DNA of 64,000 nt. Source: Macrostomum lignano (lineage: Eukaryota). The position numbers were made by a program, and so were the translations under genes. Positions 48,114 through 60,284 of this stretch are shown piece by piece; the first letter of the stretch is position 1; every line of letters begins with the position of its first letter. The stretch covers positions 62,001-126,000 of the forward strand of contig NIVC01002254.1 of assembly GCA_002269645.1 (NCBI GenBank). Reading direction: 5' to 3'. Under the pieces are notes generated by a model. It saw nothing but the letters and a program-made list of their open reading frames with translations, did no database searches and had not been told where the DNA came from.

Positions 48114-48337
48114 GATATGCAACCGACAGCTCAGCCGCAGCTATTGCGCGGCGCATCTGAAGGCTGCGTACGGCTGTTCAGTCCAAACTGGGGGGTCGCC
48201 ACACACCCTCAATCACCCAAGCTAATGCTGGCACCCATTTTACAGCTGGGTGAACTGAAGCAATGCAGAGTTAAGTGTCTTGCTCAAGGACACAAATTGT
48301 TACGAGTGGGATTGAGAATCGAACTTCCGACCTTTCA
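48114..48337 (-). mobile_element. tRNA-derived SINE family 1, 5'-truncated copy
   Basis: Reverse complement closely matches 33045-33260, including the B box and gtgtccttgagcaagacacttaac. Confidence 0.8.
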
Positions 48338-48779
48338 AGGACTGGCTTGGAACACGATCGGTACAGCACGCATCAGATTTACAGCGTATTTTAAATCAGC
48401 TCTCCTGGGTGCAGGTGCAAAAGCCAGTCCTTGAAAATAAGCAGAAGTTGTTAGAAACCAGAGACAGCACCTATTCCTGACTGTAATCCGATCTTACAGG
48501 TGCTGTCTCTGACCATTTTCAGTCAGTTGATATCGTGAATTCTTCAAACTTGGTAAAGGATCTGCTTCAGGACCCTGGGATTGTTGTGCGTATTTTTCAT
48601 TCCCGTCAGTCCTTTGCAAAGTGAATAATCAGTTTTGATGGCTTTTTGAGCCGCAGTTGTACTTTTCCGTGAAACAAATCCATATTGCTAAAATTTTAGT
48701 GCAGTTTTATAGTCTAATATAAAGACTGCGCCACATATCGGGAATTGGCTTATGTCTGCTTGTAGGTTATCGTGTAGGT

Positions 48780-49270
48780 AGAGAGAGGTAAAGAGAAATA
48801 TGGGTAGAAAAGGGATAGCGAGAGGTAGAGTGGTAGAGAGAGATAGAAAGGTAGAGAGAAGAGATCGAGAGAAAGAAGTAGAGAGAGAAGTAGAGAGAGG
48901 TAGAGAGAGCAGTAGAGAGAGGTAGAGAGAGAAGTAGAGAGAGGTAGAGAGAGAAGTAGAGAGAGGTAGAGAGAGAAGTAGAGAGAGGTAGAGAGAGAAG
49001 TAGAGAGAGGTAGAGAGAGAAGTAGAGAGAGGTAGAGAGAGAAGTAGAGAGAGGTAGAGAGAGAAGTAAAGAGAGGTAGAGAGAGAAGTAGAGAGAGGTA
49101 GAGAGAGAAGTAGAGAGAGGTAGAGAGAGAAGTAGAGAGAGGTAGAGAGAGAAGTAGAGAGATGTAGAGAGAGAGAAGTAGAGAGAGAGGTAGAGAGTTA
49201 GAGAGGTAGAGAGAGAAGAGAGTTGGAGAGTTAAAGAGAGTTGGTAGAGAGAGTCAGAGAGAAGTAGAGC
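48780..49270 (+). repeat. GA-rich 22-bp repeat (gtagagagagaagtagagagag)
   Basis: Direct reading. Confidence 0.9.
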
Positions 49271-49789
49271 GAGTGTAAGTGCAACCGTTTCTTTTATTTC
49301 TCCCCTTCTCTTCTTTCCATTTCCTGATTCCTATTTTAGTTTACAAAAAATGCCCCCAGGGAACCTGTAATTATCAGTTTCCCCTGACAGTTTTCTAATA
49401 ATAAAATAGTCAGTTTTGATTTTGCCCTGCTCGAGCAGCATTCGACATGGGTCATTGCACGCGAGAAAAAGATGCTGTCTTAAGGATGAGAATTAGTACA
49501 TTTTTCCCTTCGTGGTTGAATTGGCAAAGGCGTTGTTGCCTATTTTTTCAAGTGCTGCCCGAGCGGAAATCCATTAGGGTTAGGCTTATTTTATGCCTAT
49601 TTCATGGGCAACTGCCTAGGCCAGAGAGAGGCGATGCTCTCCCCGAGGGTTACTTGTTTGTACTATTCCAAAGGAGTACTACCAAACTTATCAACTAGTC
49701 ATCGAACTTGTTTTTGAATAAATTTGTATGATAGAAATAGTGGAATATGATATTATAAGATTTAAAGTATATTTACAATAATCATCAAT

Positions 49790-50705
49790 CTCCCCAGTCT
49801 CACCAATCTCACCAATCTCACTAATCAATCTCATCAATCTAATCAATCTCATCAATCTCACCAATCTCACCAATCTCACCAATCTCACCAATCTCACCAA
49901 TCTCACTAATCTCACCAACCTCACCAATCTCACCAATCTCACCAATCTCACCAATCTCACCAATCTCACCAATCTCATCAACCTCATCAACCTCACCAAT
50001 CTCACCAACCTCACCAATCTCACCAATCTCACCAATCTCAGCAACCTCACCAATCTCACCAATCTCACTAATCTCACCAACCTCACCAATCTCACCAACC
50101 TCATCAATCTCACCAATCTCACCAATCTCACCAATCTCACCAATCTCACTAATCTCACCAACCTCACCAATCTCACCAATCTCACCAATCTCATCAACCT
50201 CATCAACCTCATCAATCTCACCAACCTCACCAATCTCACCAATCTCACCAATCTCACCAATCTCACCAATCTCAGCAACCTCACCAATCTCACCAACCTC
50301 ACCAATCTCACCAATCTCACCAATCTCAGCAACCTCACCAATCTCACCAACCTCACCAATCTCACCAATCTCACCAATCTCACCAATCTCACCAATCTCA
50401 CCAACCTCACCAATCTCACCAACCTCACCAATCTCACCAATCTCACCAATCTCACCAATCTCTACAATCTCAACAATCTCATCAATCTCATCAATCTCGT
50501 CGATCTCACCAATCTCACCAATCTCACCAATCGATCTCTCCAATCTCACCAATCTCACCAATCTCACCAATCTCACCAATCTCACTAACCAATCTCATCA
50601 ATCTCATCAATCTCACCAACCTCACCAATCTCACCAATCTCACCAATTTCACCAATCTCACCAATCTCATCAATCACACTAATCTCACCAATCTCACCAA
50701 TCTCA
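49790..50705 (+). repeat. 9-bp repeat (caccaatct)
   Basis: Direct reading. Confidence 0.95.
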
Positions 50706-51214
50706 AGGGAGACAGCAGCGTGACTCACAGGGATGCAGCCCTTTGTGGTCTAGGTCTAGGTTTTGTAATTTCTAAGAAATTTCTTCAAGTAGCCAAGTAG
50801 TTTGAGTTCCAATTTTCGAGAATTAAAAGCATTAGGATAGACTTGTAGTTTCCACAGATTCGAACCTACCGAAAGACTTGGGACTTTACTACCGGGCCTT
50901 GGAGTTGTGTGACGGTTGGAACGATGACGTTGCAACAGTCAATGAGCATTTGTGCCGTTTGAAAACAGTTGCGTCGTGCATCGGGCGTTGGCTTTCCTGA
51001 AGCTAGGGTTGAGAGAGGGGGGGGGGAGAGAGGAGACAGAAATGAGGCATACTCCCCCCCCCTAACTCAGAAGCCAGCCAATCAGCGAGCCACGCGAGGA
51101 TCTTAAAAGCAGCCTGTCTAAGACCAATTCGCTCTGGTTCCTCCGTGTCTTCGCTATAATTTCTTCAAGCTCCGCAGTCCTCTACTAGAAGAAGATCTCT
51201 GTCTATTGATAGAA

Positions 51215-51460
51215 ATGCGCAGTTGCCCTGCAATTGGGAACAGCAGCGATGGCGGCAGCGGCGGTGGCGGAGGCAATTCCTCGATGTTTGCAGCCGCGGC
51301 TGCTATGGCAACCGACTGCAGCAGCGGCGGCAGCACCGGAGGCGCCAGCGGAGCGGCCCCCTTGTCTCCGAGGCAATTTCAAGTTCGCCGACAGTCGGGC
51401 AGCGCTGGCCAGGCCATGGCGTGGAAAATTTTCGATGCGGTTCGACTGGACGATGGAAAG
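51215..51460 (+). CDS. SCYL2: SCY1-like pseudokinase 2, exon 1 (start codon uncertain: 51215 or 51284)
   Basis: FQVRRQSGSAGQAMAWKIFDA matches SCYL2 (FDVGRHIASGGNGLAWKIFN, recalled); donor aag/GTGAGA; CCAAT motif near 51077. Confidence 0.75.
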
Positions 51461-52000
51461 GTGAGATTACAGTGAGATTCGTTAGGTGAGATTGGAGTGA
51501 GATTCGTGTGAGATTGGAGTGAGGATCGTATGAGATTCGTGTGAGATTGGAGTGAGGATCGCATGAGATTCGTGTGAGATTGGAGTGAGGATCGGATGAG
51601 ATTCGTGTGAGATTGGAGTGAGGATCGTATGATATTCGTGTGAGATTGGAGTGAGGATCGTATGATATTCGTGTGAGATTGGAATGAGATTGGGGTGAGA
51701 TTGGTGTGAGATTGGAGTGAGATGCGGGTGAGATTGGAGCGAGATGGTGGTGAGATTGGAGTGAGATTCGTGTGAGATTGGTGTGAAATTGGTGTGAGAT
51801 TGGATTGAGGTTGGAGTGAGATTGGATTGAGATTTGGTTGAGATTGGAGTGAGATTGGAGTGGCATTCGTATGAGATTGGAGCGAGATTCGTGTGAGATT
51901 GGAGTGAGATGCGAGGGAGATTCGTGTGAGATTGGAGTGAGATGCGAGGGAGATTCGTGTGAGATTGGAGTGAGATGCGAGTGAGATGGACACCAGAGAG
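51461..52000 (+). repeat. gtgagatt-based composite minisatellite starting exactly at the exon-1 donor
   Basis: Direct reading. Confidence 0.9.
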
Positions 52001-52429
52001 AAAGATGAGATTTTCCCGCAGCGAGCAAACTGCTAATCATCCAAGAGGTTTCAATCTCGTTCACGCAAACTCCATTTCGTTTAAAAAAAGCAAACAAACA
52101 TTAATTAGAAATCACTGACTCAGAAAAGCACGCACATGCTACTCTGCCTGGAACTTAGTAATAAAATTGAAGGATAAATTATTCTCCAGCTCATTTAGCT
52201 CCGCGAGAGAGAGAGAGAGAGAGAGTGACAGCCAAAAAAGGTTTTGCCAGAAAGGCATTCGTGAAAAACCTCTTTGAGTCGACATTGAGAGGCCTCCTTT
52301 TTGAGGGGCAAAAGTCAGTTATTGAGTTTTATATTTCACGGGACTCGGGCTTTTCACCAAATATTCATCCATTCTAAGTCGCATTTTAATTTTTTGCCAT
52401 TATATTGTTTTTACTGTCTTCCTCTCGTC

Positions 52430-53960
52430 TTTATTTCTCTCCCTCTCCATCTATGCAAGTATCCACTCAGTCCCCTCTCTCCCACCCACTCTTTTCCCCT
52501 CTCCATCTATCCAAGTATCCACTGCGTCCCCTCTCTCCCACCCACTCTTTTCCCCTCTCCATCTATCCAAGTATCCACTCCGTCCCCTCTCTCCCACCCA
52601 CTCTTTTCCCCTCTCCATCTATCCAAGTATCCACTCCGTCCCCTCTCTCCCACCCACTCTTTTCCCCTCTCCATCTATCCAAGTATCCACTGCGTCCCCT
52701 CTCTCCCACCCACTCTTTTCCCCTCTCCATCTATCCAAGTATCCACTCCGTCCCCTCTCTCCCACCCACTCTTTTCCCCTCTCCATCTATCCAAGTATCC
52801 ACTCCGTCCCCTCTCTCCCACCCTCTCTCTTCCCCTCTCCATCTATCCAAGTATCCACTGCGTCCCCTCTCTCCCACCCACTCTTTTCCCCTCTCCATCT
52901 ATCCAAGTATCCACTCCGTCCCCTCTCTCCCACCCTCTCTCTTTCCCTCTCCATCTATCCAAGTATCCACTCCGTCCCCTCTCTCCCACCCTCTCTCTTT
53001 CCCTCTCCATCTATCCAAGTATCCACTCCGTCCCCTCTCTCCCACCCTCTCTCTTCCCCTCTCCATCTATCCAAGTATCCACTCCGTCCCCTCTCTCCCA
53101 CCCTCTCTCTTTCCCTCTCCATCTATCCAAGTATCCACTCAGTCCCCTCTCTCCCACCCTCTCTCTTCCCCTCTCCATCTATCCAAGTATCCACTCCGTC
53201 CCCTCTCTCCCACCCTCTCTCTTTCCCTCTCCATCTATCCAAGTATCCACTCCGTCCCCTCTCTCCCACCCTCTCTCTTCCCCTCTCCATCTATCCAAGT
53301 ATCCACTCCATCCCCTCTCTCCCACCCTCTCTCTTTCCCTCTCCATCTATCCAAGTATCCACTCCGTCCCCTCTCTCCCACCCTCTCTCTTCCCCTCTCC
53401 ATCTATCCAAGTATCCACTCCGTCCCCTCTCTCCCACCCTCTCTCTTCCCCTCTCCATCTATCCAAGTATCCACTCCGTCCCCTCTCTCCCACCCTCTCT
53501 CTTCCCCTCTCCATCTATCCAAGTATCCACTCCGTCCCCTCTCTCCCACCCACTCTTTTCCCCTCTCCATCTATCCAAGTATCCACTCCGTCCCCTCTCT
53601 CCCACCCTCTCTCTTCCCCTCTCCATCTATCCAAGTATCCACTCCGTCCCCTCTCTCCCACCCTCTCTCTTCCCCTCTCCATCTATCCAAGTATCCACTC
53701 AGTCCCCTCTCTCCCACCCTCTCTCTTCCCCTCTCCATCTATCCAAGTATCCACTCCGTCCCCTCTCTCCCACCCTCTCTCTTCCCCTCACCATCTATCC
53801 AAGTATCCACTCCGTCCCCTCTCTCCCACCCTCTCTCTTCCCCTCACCATCTATCCAAGTATCCACTCCGTCCCCTCTCTCCCACCCTCTCTCTTTCCCT
53901 CTCCATCTATCCAAGTATCCACTCCGTCCCCTCTCTCCCACCCTCTCTCTTCCCCTCTCC
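52430..53960 (+). repeat. 56-bp CT-rich minisatellite (ccatctatccaagtatccactccgtcccctctctcccacc...)
   Basis: Period 56 read between 52503 and 52559. Confidence 0.95.
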
Positions 53961-54679
53961 ATCTCTCTCTCCCTCTACGCCCCCTCTCTGCTACCTCCCA
54001 TCCACCGTCTCTCCCTCTCCCTCCCCATCCATCTCTCCCTCTTTCCCTCTCTCCCTGTCTCTGTCTCTATCCCTTTCCCTCCCTCTCTCCGTCTCCCAAC
54101 CTCTCTCCGTTCTCCATCCCTCCTCCCCCTCCCTCTCTCCCTCTCCCTCTCCATCTATCCAGCGATCCCTCTCCCTCTCTCCCTCTCCTTCTCACTCACC
54201 CTCTTCCTCTCTCCGTTCTCCCTCCCTCTCTCCCTCTGCCTCTCTGTCCTCTTTCTCTACCTCTCTTTCTCTCTCATCCTCTCCCTCTCTCATCCTCTCC
54301 CTCTCTCATTCTCTGTTCCCTCCTATAGCCCCCTCTTACCTTTTTCACCCACCTCTCTCCCACCATTTCGCGGCCACTGCCTGTTTCTGCCTATTCTTTT
54401 GTTTGCTATTCTTTCATCAGCAGATCTGCCACACTCAGAAATTTTCTTTGAGCCAGGTTTTTTGTTTCTGTGTTATTCTGGTTTACCGCAGCCATTCAAC
54501 TCTAAATAAAGACTCTTAAGTCTGCTTTCAGCCGGTCAAATCCGTTGACCGAATCCCCTTTTGTCTGTCTTCTCCCTAAGCCAGACACTTCCATGACAGG
54601 GAAACCTTTTTGCTTCCAAATGTTTTTTGACTGATTGAAAGCTGAGATAAAAGTCTCTTTGAAAGCCAAGGATATCAAG

Positions 54680-55215
54680 CTCTGCATTTGGCGCTATATG
54701 TAGCTCCGAATTTGGCATCATATCTAGCTCCGAATTTGGCGTCATATCTAGCGTTGATTTTGGCGCCACCTCCAGCTTTGATTTTGGCGCCATATCTAGC
54801 CTTGATTCTGGCGCCACCTCCAGCTTTGATTTTGGCGCCATATCTAGCTTTGATTTTGGCGCCATATCTAGCTTTGATTTTGGCGGTATATCTAGCTTTG
54901 ATTTTGGCGCCATATCTAGCTCCGAAATTGGCGTCATATCTAGCTCCGAATTTGGCGTCATATCTAGCTCCGAATTTGGCGTCATATCTAGCTCCGAATT
55001 TGGCGTCATATCTAGCATTGATTTTGGCGCCACCTCCAGCTTTGATTTATGGCGCCATATCTAGCCTTGATTTTGGCGCCACCTCTAGCTTTGATTTTGG
55101 CGTCATATCTAGCTTTGATTTTGGCGTCATATTTAGCTCCGAATTTGGCGTCATATCTAGCTCCGAATTTGGCGTCATATCTAGCTTTGATTTTGGCGTC
55201 ATATCTAGCTTTGAT
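54680..55215 (+). repeat. 24-bp minisatellite (ttgattttggcgccatatctagct and variants)
   Basis: Direct reading. Confidence 0.9.
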
Positions 55216-55388
55216 TTTGGCGCCACTAGAATCGGCGCCATTATCACAAGAATCGGCACCACTATTACTACTAGAATCGGCGCCACTATCACAAGAATTG
55301 GCGCCATTATCACTAGAATCAGAGCCACTATCACAAGAATCGGCGCAAGAATGAAATTGCCCAATCACTCAACCCCCCCCCCCAACAG

Positions 55389-55549
55389 GAATGCTCACTA
55401 TTCGTGTTCGACAAGAAAGCGGCGGAGAAGCTGCACAAATCGAAACGGCGCGAATCTGCGACAGAAATTGTTCGCAGAGAACTGCGCTACATGGACAGAT
55501 TCCGGCATCCGAAACTGCTGCAGATCTGGAATCACATTGAAGAGTGCAG
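55389..55549 (+). CDS. SCYL2: SCYL2 exon 2
   Basis: ECSLFVFDKK...RFRHPKLLQIWNHIEEC; acceptor aacAG (phase 0), donor ag/GTGAGC (phase 2). Confidence 0.9.
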
Positions 55550-55604
55550 GTGAGCTGGAGTGCAGGGTTGAAGACGATAGCTCACTTTTGATCACTCACT
55601 CATT

Positions 55605-57240
55605 CTCTAGCTCACTTTAGCTCACTCTAACTTAATCTAGCTCACTCTACCTGGTAGCTCACTCTAGCTCACTCTAGCTTAATCTAGCTCACTCTAGCTT
55701 AATCTAGCTCACTCTAGCTCACTCTAGCTCACTCTAGCTTAATCTAGCTCACTCTAGCTCACTCTAGCTCACTCTAGCTTAATCTAGCTCACTCTAGCTT
55801 AATCTAGCTCACTCTAGCTTAATCTAGCTCACTCTAGCTCACTCTAGCTCACTCTAGCTTAATCTAGCTCACTCTAGCTCACTCTAGCTCACTCTAGCTT
55901 AATCTAGCTTACTCTAGCTCACTCTAGCTTAATCTAGCTCGCTCTAGCTTACTCTAGCTTTATCTAGCTCACTCTAGCTCACTCTAGCTCACTCTAGCTC
56001 ACTCTAGCTCACTCTAGCTCACTCTAGCTCACTCTAGCTCACTCTAGCTCACTCTAGCTCACTCTAGCTCACTCTAGCTTACTCTAGCTCACTCTAGCTC
56101 ACTCTAGCTCACTCTAGCTTAATCTAGCTCACTCTAGCTTAATCTATCTCACTCTAGCTCACTCTAGCTTAATCTAGCTCACTCTAGCTTAATCTAGCTC
56201 ACTCTAGGTCACTCTAGCTTAATCTAGCTCACTCTAGCTTAATCCAGCTCACTCTAGCTTAATCTAGCTCACTCTAGCTTAATCTAGCTCACTCTAGCTC
56301 ACTCTAGCTTAATCTAGCTCACTCTAGCTTAATCTAACTCACTCTGGCTTAATCTAGCTCACTCTAGCTCACTCTAGCTCACTCTAGCTCACTCTAGCTT
56401 AATCTAGCTCACTCTAGCTCACTCTAGCTTAATCTAGCTCACTCTAGCTTAATCTAACTCACTCTAGCTTAATCTAGTTCACTCTAGCTTAATCTAACTT
56501 ACTCTAGCTTAATCTAGCTCACTCTAGCTTAATCTAGCTCACTCTAGCTCACTCTAGCTCACTCTAGCTTAATCTAGCTCACTCTAGCTCACTCTAGCTC
56601 ACTCTAGCTTAATCTAGCTTAATCTAGCTCACTCAAACCTAATGTAGTTAACTCTAGTTAACTCTAGCTCACTCTAGCTTAATCTAGCTCACTCTAGCTT
56701 AATCTAGCTCACTCTAGCTCACTCTAGCTTAATCTAGCTCACTCTAGCTCACTCTAGCTCACTCTAGCTTAATCTAGCTCACTCTAGCTCACTCTAGCTC
56801 ACTCTAGCTTAATCTAGCTCACTCTAGCTCGCTCTAGCTTAATCTAGCTTAATCTAGCTCACTCTAGCTCACTCAAACCTAATGTAGTTAACTCTAGTTA
56901 ACTCTAGTTCACTCTAGCTTAATCTAGCTCACTCTAGCTCACTCTAGCTCACTCTAGCTTAATCTAGCTCACTCTAGCTTAATCTAGCTCACTCTAGCTC
57001 ACTCTAGCTTAATCTAGCTCACTCTAGCTCACTCTAGCTTAATCTAGCTCACTCTAGCTCACTCTAGCTTAATCTAGCTTAATTTAGCTCACTCAAACCT
57101 AATGTAGTTAACTCTAGTTAACTCTAGTTCACTCCAGCTTAATCTAGCTCACTCTAGTTCACTAAAGCCTAATTTAATTAACTCTTGCGTATCTTAATCT
57201 CTCTCTAGATCAATCTACATCAATCTAGCTCACTCTAGAT
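55605..57240 (+). repeat. 10-bp two-variant array (ctcactctag / cttaatctag)
   Basis: Direct reading. Confidence 0.95.
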
Positions 57241-57619
57241 AAAAAGCTCCTACATGTATTCTAAACTGTATCAGATATCTTTCTCAAAAATATGCTAGCC
57301 AGCAGAGAGGGAGTAGAGAGGCAGAATGTGGGAGAAGTGATCGTGGCCCTTCTCCTTCACCCTCGGCTTAAGTGGGCGATTCATCAGGTGCTCTCTCAGG
57401 TGCATCTCCACTTGAGAGACCTGCATCTAAGCCCCGTAGCTATACATAATAGAATACTATTATCCATTTTTAAGTAGAGTATCATGCCAATAGTATTGAT
57501 TGTTGGGTTGGCCCAGTTCTGTGATAAACACCTGCTGTAATCTATAGATAGTTCTGCGCCAAGGACGCTAGTGGGCGGGACGGTGAATGAGAGACTCAAG
57601 CACATGAGATTGATTAAGG

Positions 57620-58140
57620 AGATGAGAAGAACGACAGGTGAGATTGATTGATAGCTTTGGGAGAGAGACAGGCGACATTAATTGGGAGATCTGGGAATCA
57701 GACAGGTAAGATTGTTTGGGAGATTGGGAGAGAGACATGTGAGATTTATTCGGAGGCTGAATGAGAGACAGGTAAGATTAGAGACTGGAAGAAAGACAGG
57801 TGAGATTGATTGGGAGACTGAGTGAGAGACAGGTAAGATTAGAGACCGGGAGAAAGACAGGTGAGATTAGGAATTGGGAGGGGGACAGGACAGATTAAAT
57901 ATTTGGAAGAGGACTAGAGATTGGGAGAGAGACAGGTGAGATTAGAGATTAAGATCGAGACATGTGAGATTAGAGATTGGGAGGGAGACAGGTAAGATTC
58001 TAGATTGGTAGAGGGACAATACAGATTAGAGATTGGGAGAGAGACAGGTGAGATTGATTGGTAGATTGGGAGAGAGAGAGGTGAGATTAGAGACTGGAAG
58101 AGAGACAGGTGAGATTAGAGACTGGAAGAGAGACAGATGA
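57620..58140 (+). repeat. Degenerate ~28-35 bp repeat containing gacaggt(g/a)agatt
   Basis: Direct reading; ~10 units with CAGGTRAG. Confidence 0.85.
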
Positions 58141-58639
58141 GACTCTCAGGCAGAAGGCAGGAGAGCAGGCAGGCAGGCAGCCATAAATCTATCAGTACTT
58201 GATGATATATTATTCGGAAGCTTAGCAGACGGTGGGAGGCGGATGCATGGGCTGTAGGGAGGGAGCTGAGTACACAAACTGAGTATGCGCCTCACGCCAC
58301 AGTCTAATTAGTAAAAGCAGAGCGCACAGCAGTCGAGTCGGAGAGGCTCACGAGGGTTGGTATTCGGGACGGTTGGGGATCGCCATCAAGAAATTCGAAT
58401 GCTCGACTCGATCCCTTTACCCAATATTCCCGAATCTGTTACCGACTTGCAAAATGTACACTGGCTAGAAGAATTCTCCTCCCAGTCGCAGAAAAAGTTT
58501 AGTTCGAGAGGTCTCACGGGAGAAATTATTGGGATAAACAATAAAAAACTGCAGTAGGAAATACTGCTCGAGGAGGATTTACGGGATCAGAGAAGAGAGA
58601 GCAGCGATAACTCTTGGATTGAGTGAGGATTGATCGAGT

Positions 58640-58875
58640 GAGTGATCTGCCAAATATATACTTGATCTATCTGCCAAATCTATACTTGATCTATCTGCCA
58701 AATCTATACTTGATCTATCTGCCAAATCTATACTTGATCTATCTGCCAAATCTATACTTGATCTATCTGCCAAATCTATACTTGATCTATCTGCCAAATC
58801 TATACTTGATCTATCTGCCAAATCTATACTTGATCAATCTGCCAAATCTATACTTGATCTATCTGCCAAATCTAT
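58640..58875 (+). repeat. 24-bp minisatellite (tgatctatctgccaaatctatact)
   Basis: Direct reading. Confidence 0.95.
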
Positions 58876-58903
58876 ATAATCTAGTCATCCACCTCACTTG
58901 CAG

Positions 58904-59009
58904 CGATACAATTTCATTTGCCACCGAGCCGGTACTGGGAAGTTTGGCCAATTTTTTCGGCTCAGCAACCGATGGGCGAGGCAGTGCGCCAGTGGCGAAT
59001 GAGTTTAAA
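58904..59009 (+). CDS. SCYL2: SCYL2 exon 3
   Basis: DTISFATEPVLGSLANFF; acceptor ttgcAG (phase 2), donor aaa/GTGAGT. Confidence 0.9.
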
Positions 59010-59029
59010 GTGAGTTCTTCAACTCATTG

Positions 59030-59410
59030 TGTGGGAGGGGGAGAGTGGGAGAGAAAGAGTGTGGGAGAGAATGAGAGTGGGAGAGAAGGAGAGTGGGAGA
59101 GAAGGAGAGTGGGAGAGAAGGAGAGTGGGAGAGAAGGAGAGTGGGAGAGAGAGTGGGAGAGGAGAGAGTGGGAGAGAGAATGGGAGGGAAAGAGTGTGGG
59201 AGAGAATGAGAGTGGGAGAGGAGAGTGGGAGAGAAGGAGAGTGGGAGAGAAGGAGAGTGGGAGAGAGAGTGGGAGAGGAGAGAGTGGGAGAGAAGGAGAG
59301 TGGGAGAGAGAGTGGGAGAGGAGAGAGTGGGAGAGAGAATGGGAGGGAAAGAGTGTGGGAGAGAAGGAGAGTGGGAGAGAAGGAGAGTGGGAGAGAAAGA
59401 GAGTGGGGGA
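59030..59410 (+). repeat. GA-rich repeat (gagagtgggagagaag)
   Basis: Direct reading. Confidence 0.85.
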
Positions 59411-59501
59411 CAAGGCGAGATTGGAGAGCAAGCAGGGCAGTGACTAGAAGCCAGAAGTATTGAATTGCAAAGTGAGCAGTCTCAGTCCCTCATCATTTCA
59501 G

Positions 59502-59543
59502 GTAGGCTTCGCTGATCTCGAGCTGAAACACGGCGTCTTTCAG
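59502..59543 (+). CDS. SCYL2: SCYL2 exon 4 (42 nt)
   Basis: VGFADLELKHGVFQ, matching LxDVETKYGLLQ; tttcAG and GTACTG sites. Confidence 0.8.
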
Positions 59544-59665
59544 GTACTGCGCCCATTTTCTAATCTAGCCATATTTCCCATCATGATTTATGATGCATTA
59601 ATTCACCTTTAAGTCGGTCTAGCTTGCTGCAGTTAAACCTGGCTAAAATCGGATTACTAATGCAG

Positions 59666-59806
59666 ATTAACGAAGCCCTGAGGTACCTGCACGGCACGCA
59701 GAAAGTGCTGCACGGCAACTTGAGCCTCAGCTCCATCATTGTCACTAAACGGAGATGCTGGAAGCTGGCCGGATTGGGCTTTGTAGAGAAATCGTCCGCC
59801 GTTCAC
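59666..59806 (+). CDS. SCYL2: SCYL2 exon 5
   Basis: INEALRYLHGTQKVLHGNL...WKLAGLGF: pseudokinase HGN (for HRD) and GLG (for DFG). Confidence 0.9.
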
Positions 59807-60284
59807 GTGAGAGCGTGGGAGAAACATGAGGCCGTGTTGGAAATTATGGGGCGGATTATAAATAGATTGAAATTAGAGAGTGAATTTCTTGACGGATTAG
59901 CAGAATAAAAAACTCAAAAAGAGGTAGGGACGAAAAAAGAGACTTACACTGTTGGGAAAAAAAGGCGATTGGAATTACGAGCTAAACGCAAACGGGATTG
60001 AGAATGGGTGTTGAGAACAAGATGAAGGCAGAAGGGACAAAGGATTTGGCGTAGAGGCGGTAAAGAGCGGGGCAGAGAAAGAGACCCGTGAGATTGAGGA
60101 AAATAAGAAGTTAGAAATAAGAAGACATGGGAGGGAGATAGCAGTGGCACAGATAGAAGTAGATGGGTAGATAAGAGAAACAAGGTAGATAGGAGAGGAA
60201 GGGGCAGCTAGGAGAGGGGATAGGAGGGGGATCTAGGAAAGGAAAGAGAGGAAGGCAAAAGGGAGAGGGAGCTAAAAGAGGGAG

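Noticed and set aside
51299-51313. X-box-like GCTGCTATGGCAAC
   Set aside because: Falls within the SCYL2 coding exon (AAMAT) and is explained by codons.
54536-55620. ORFs with APKSKLDM / ALILAPY repeats
   Set aside because: 24-bp minisatellite inside SCYL2 intron 1.
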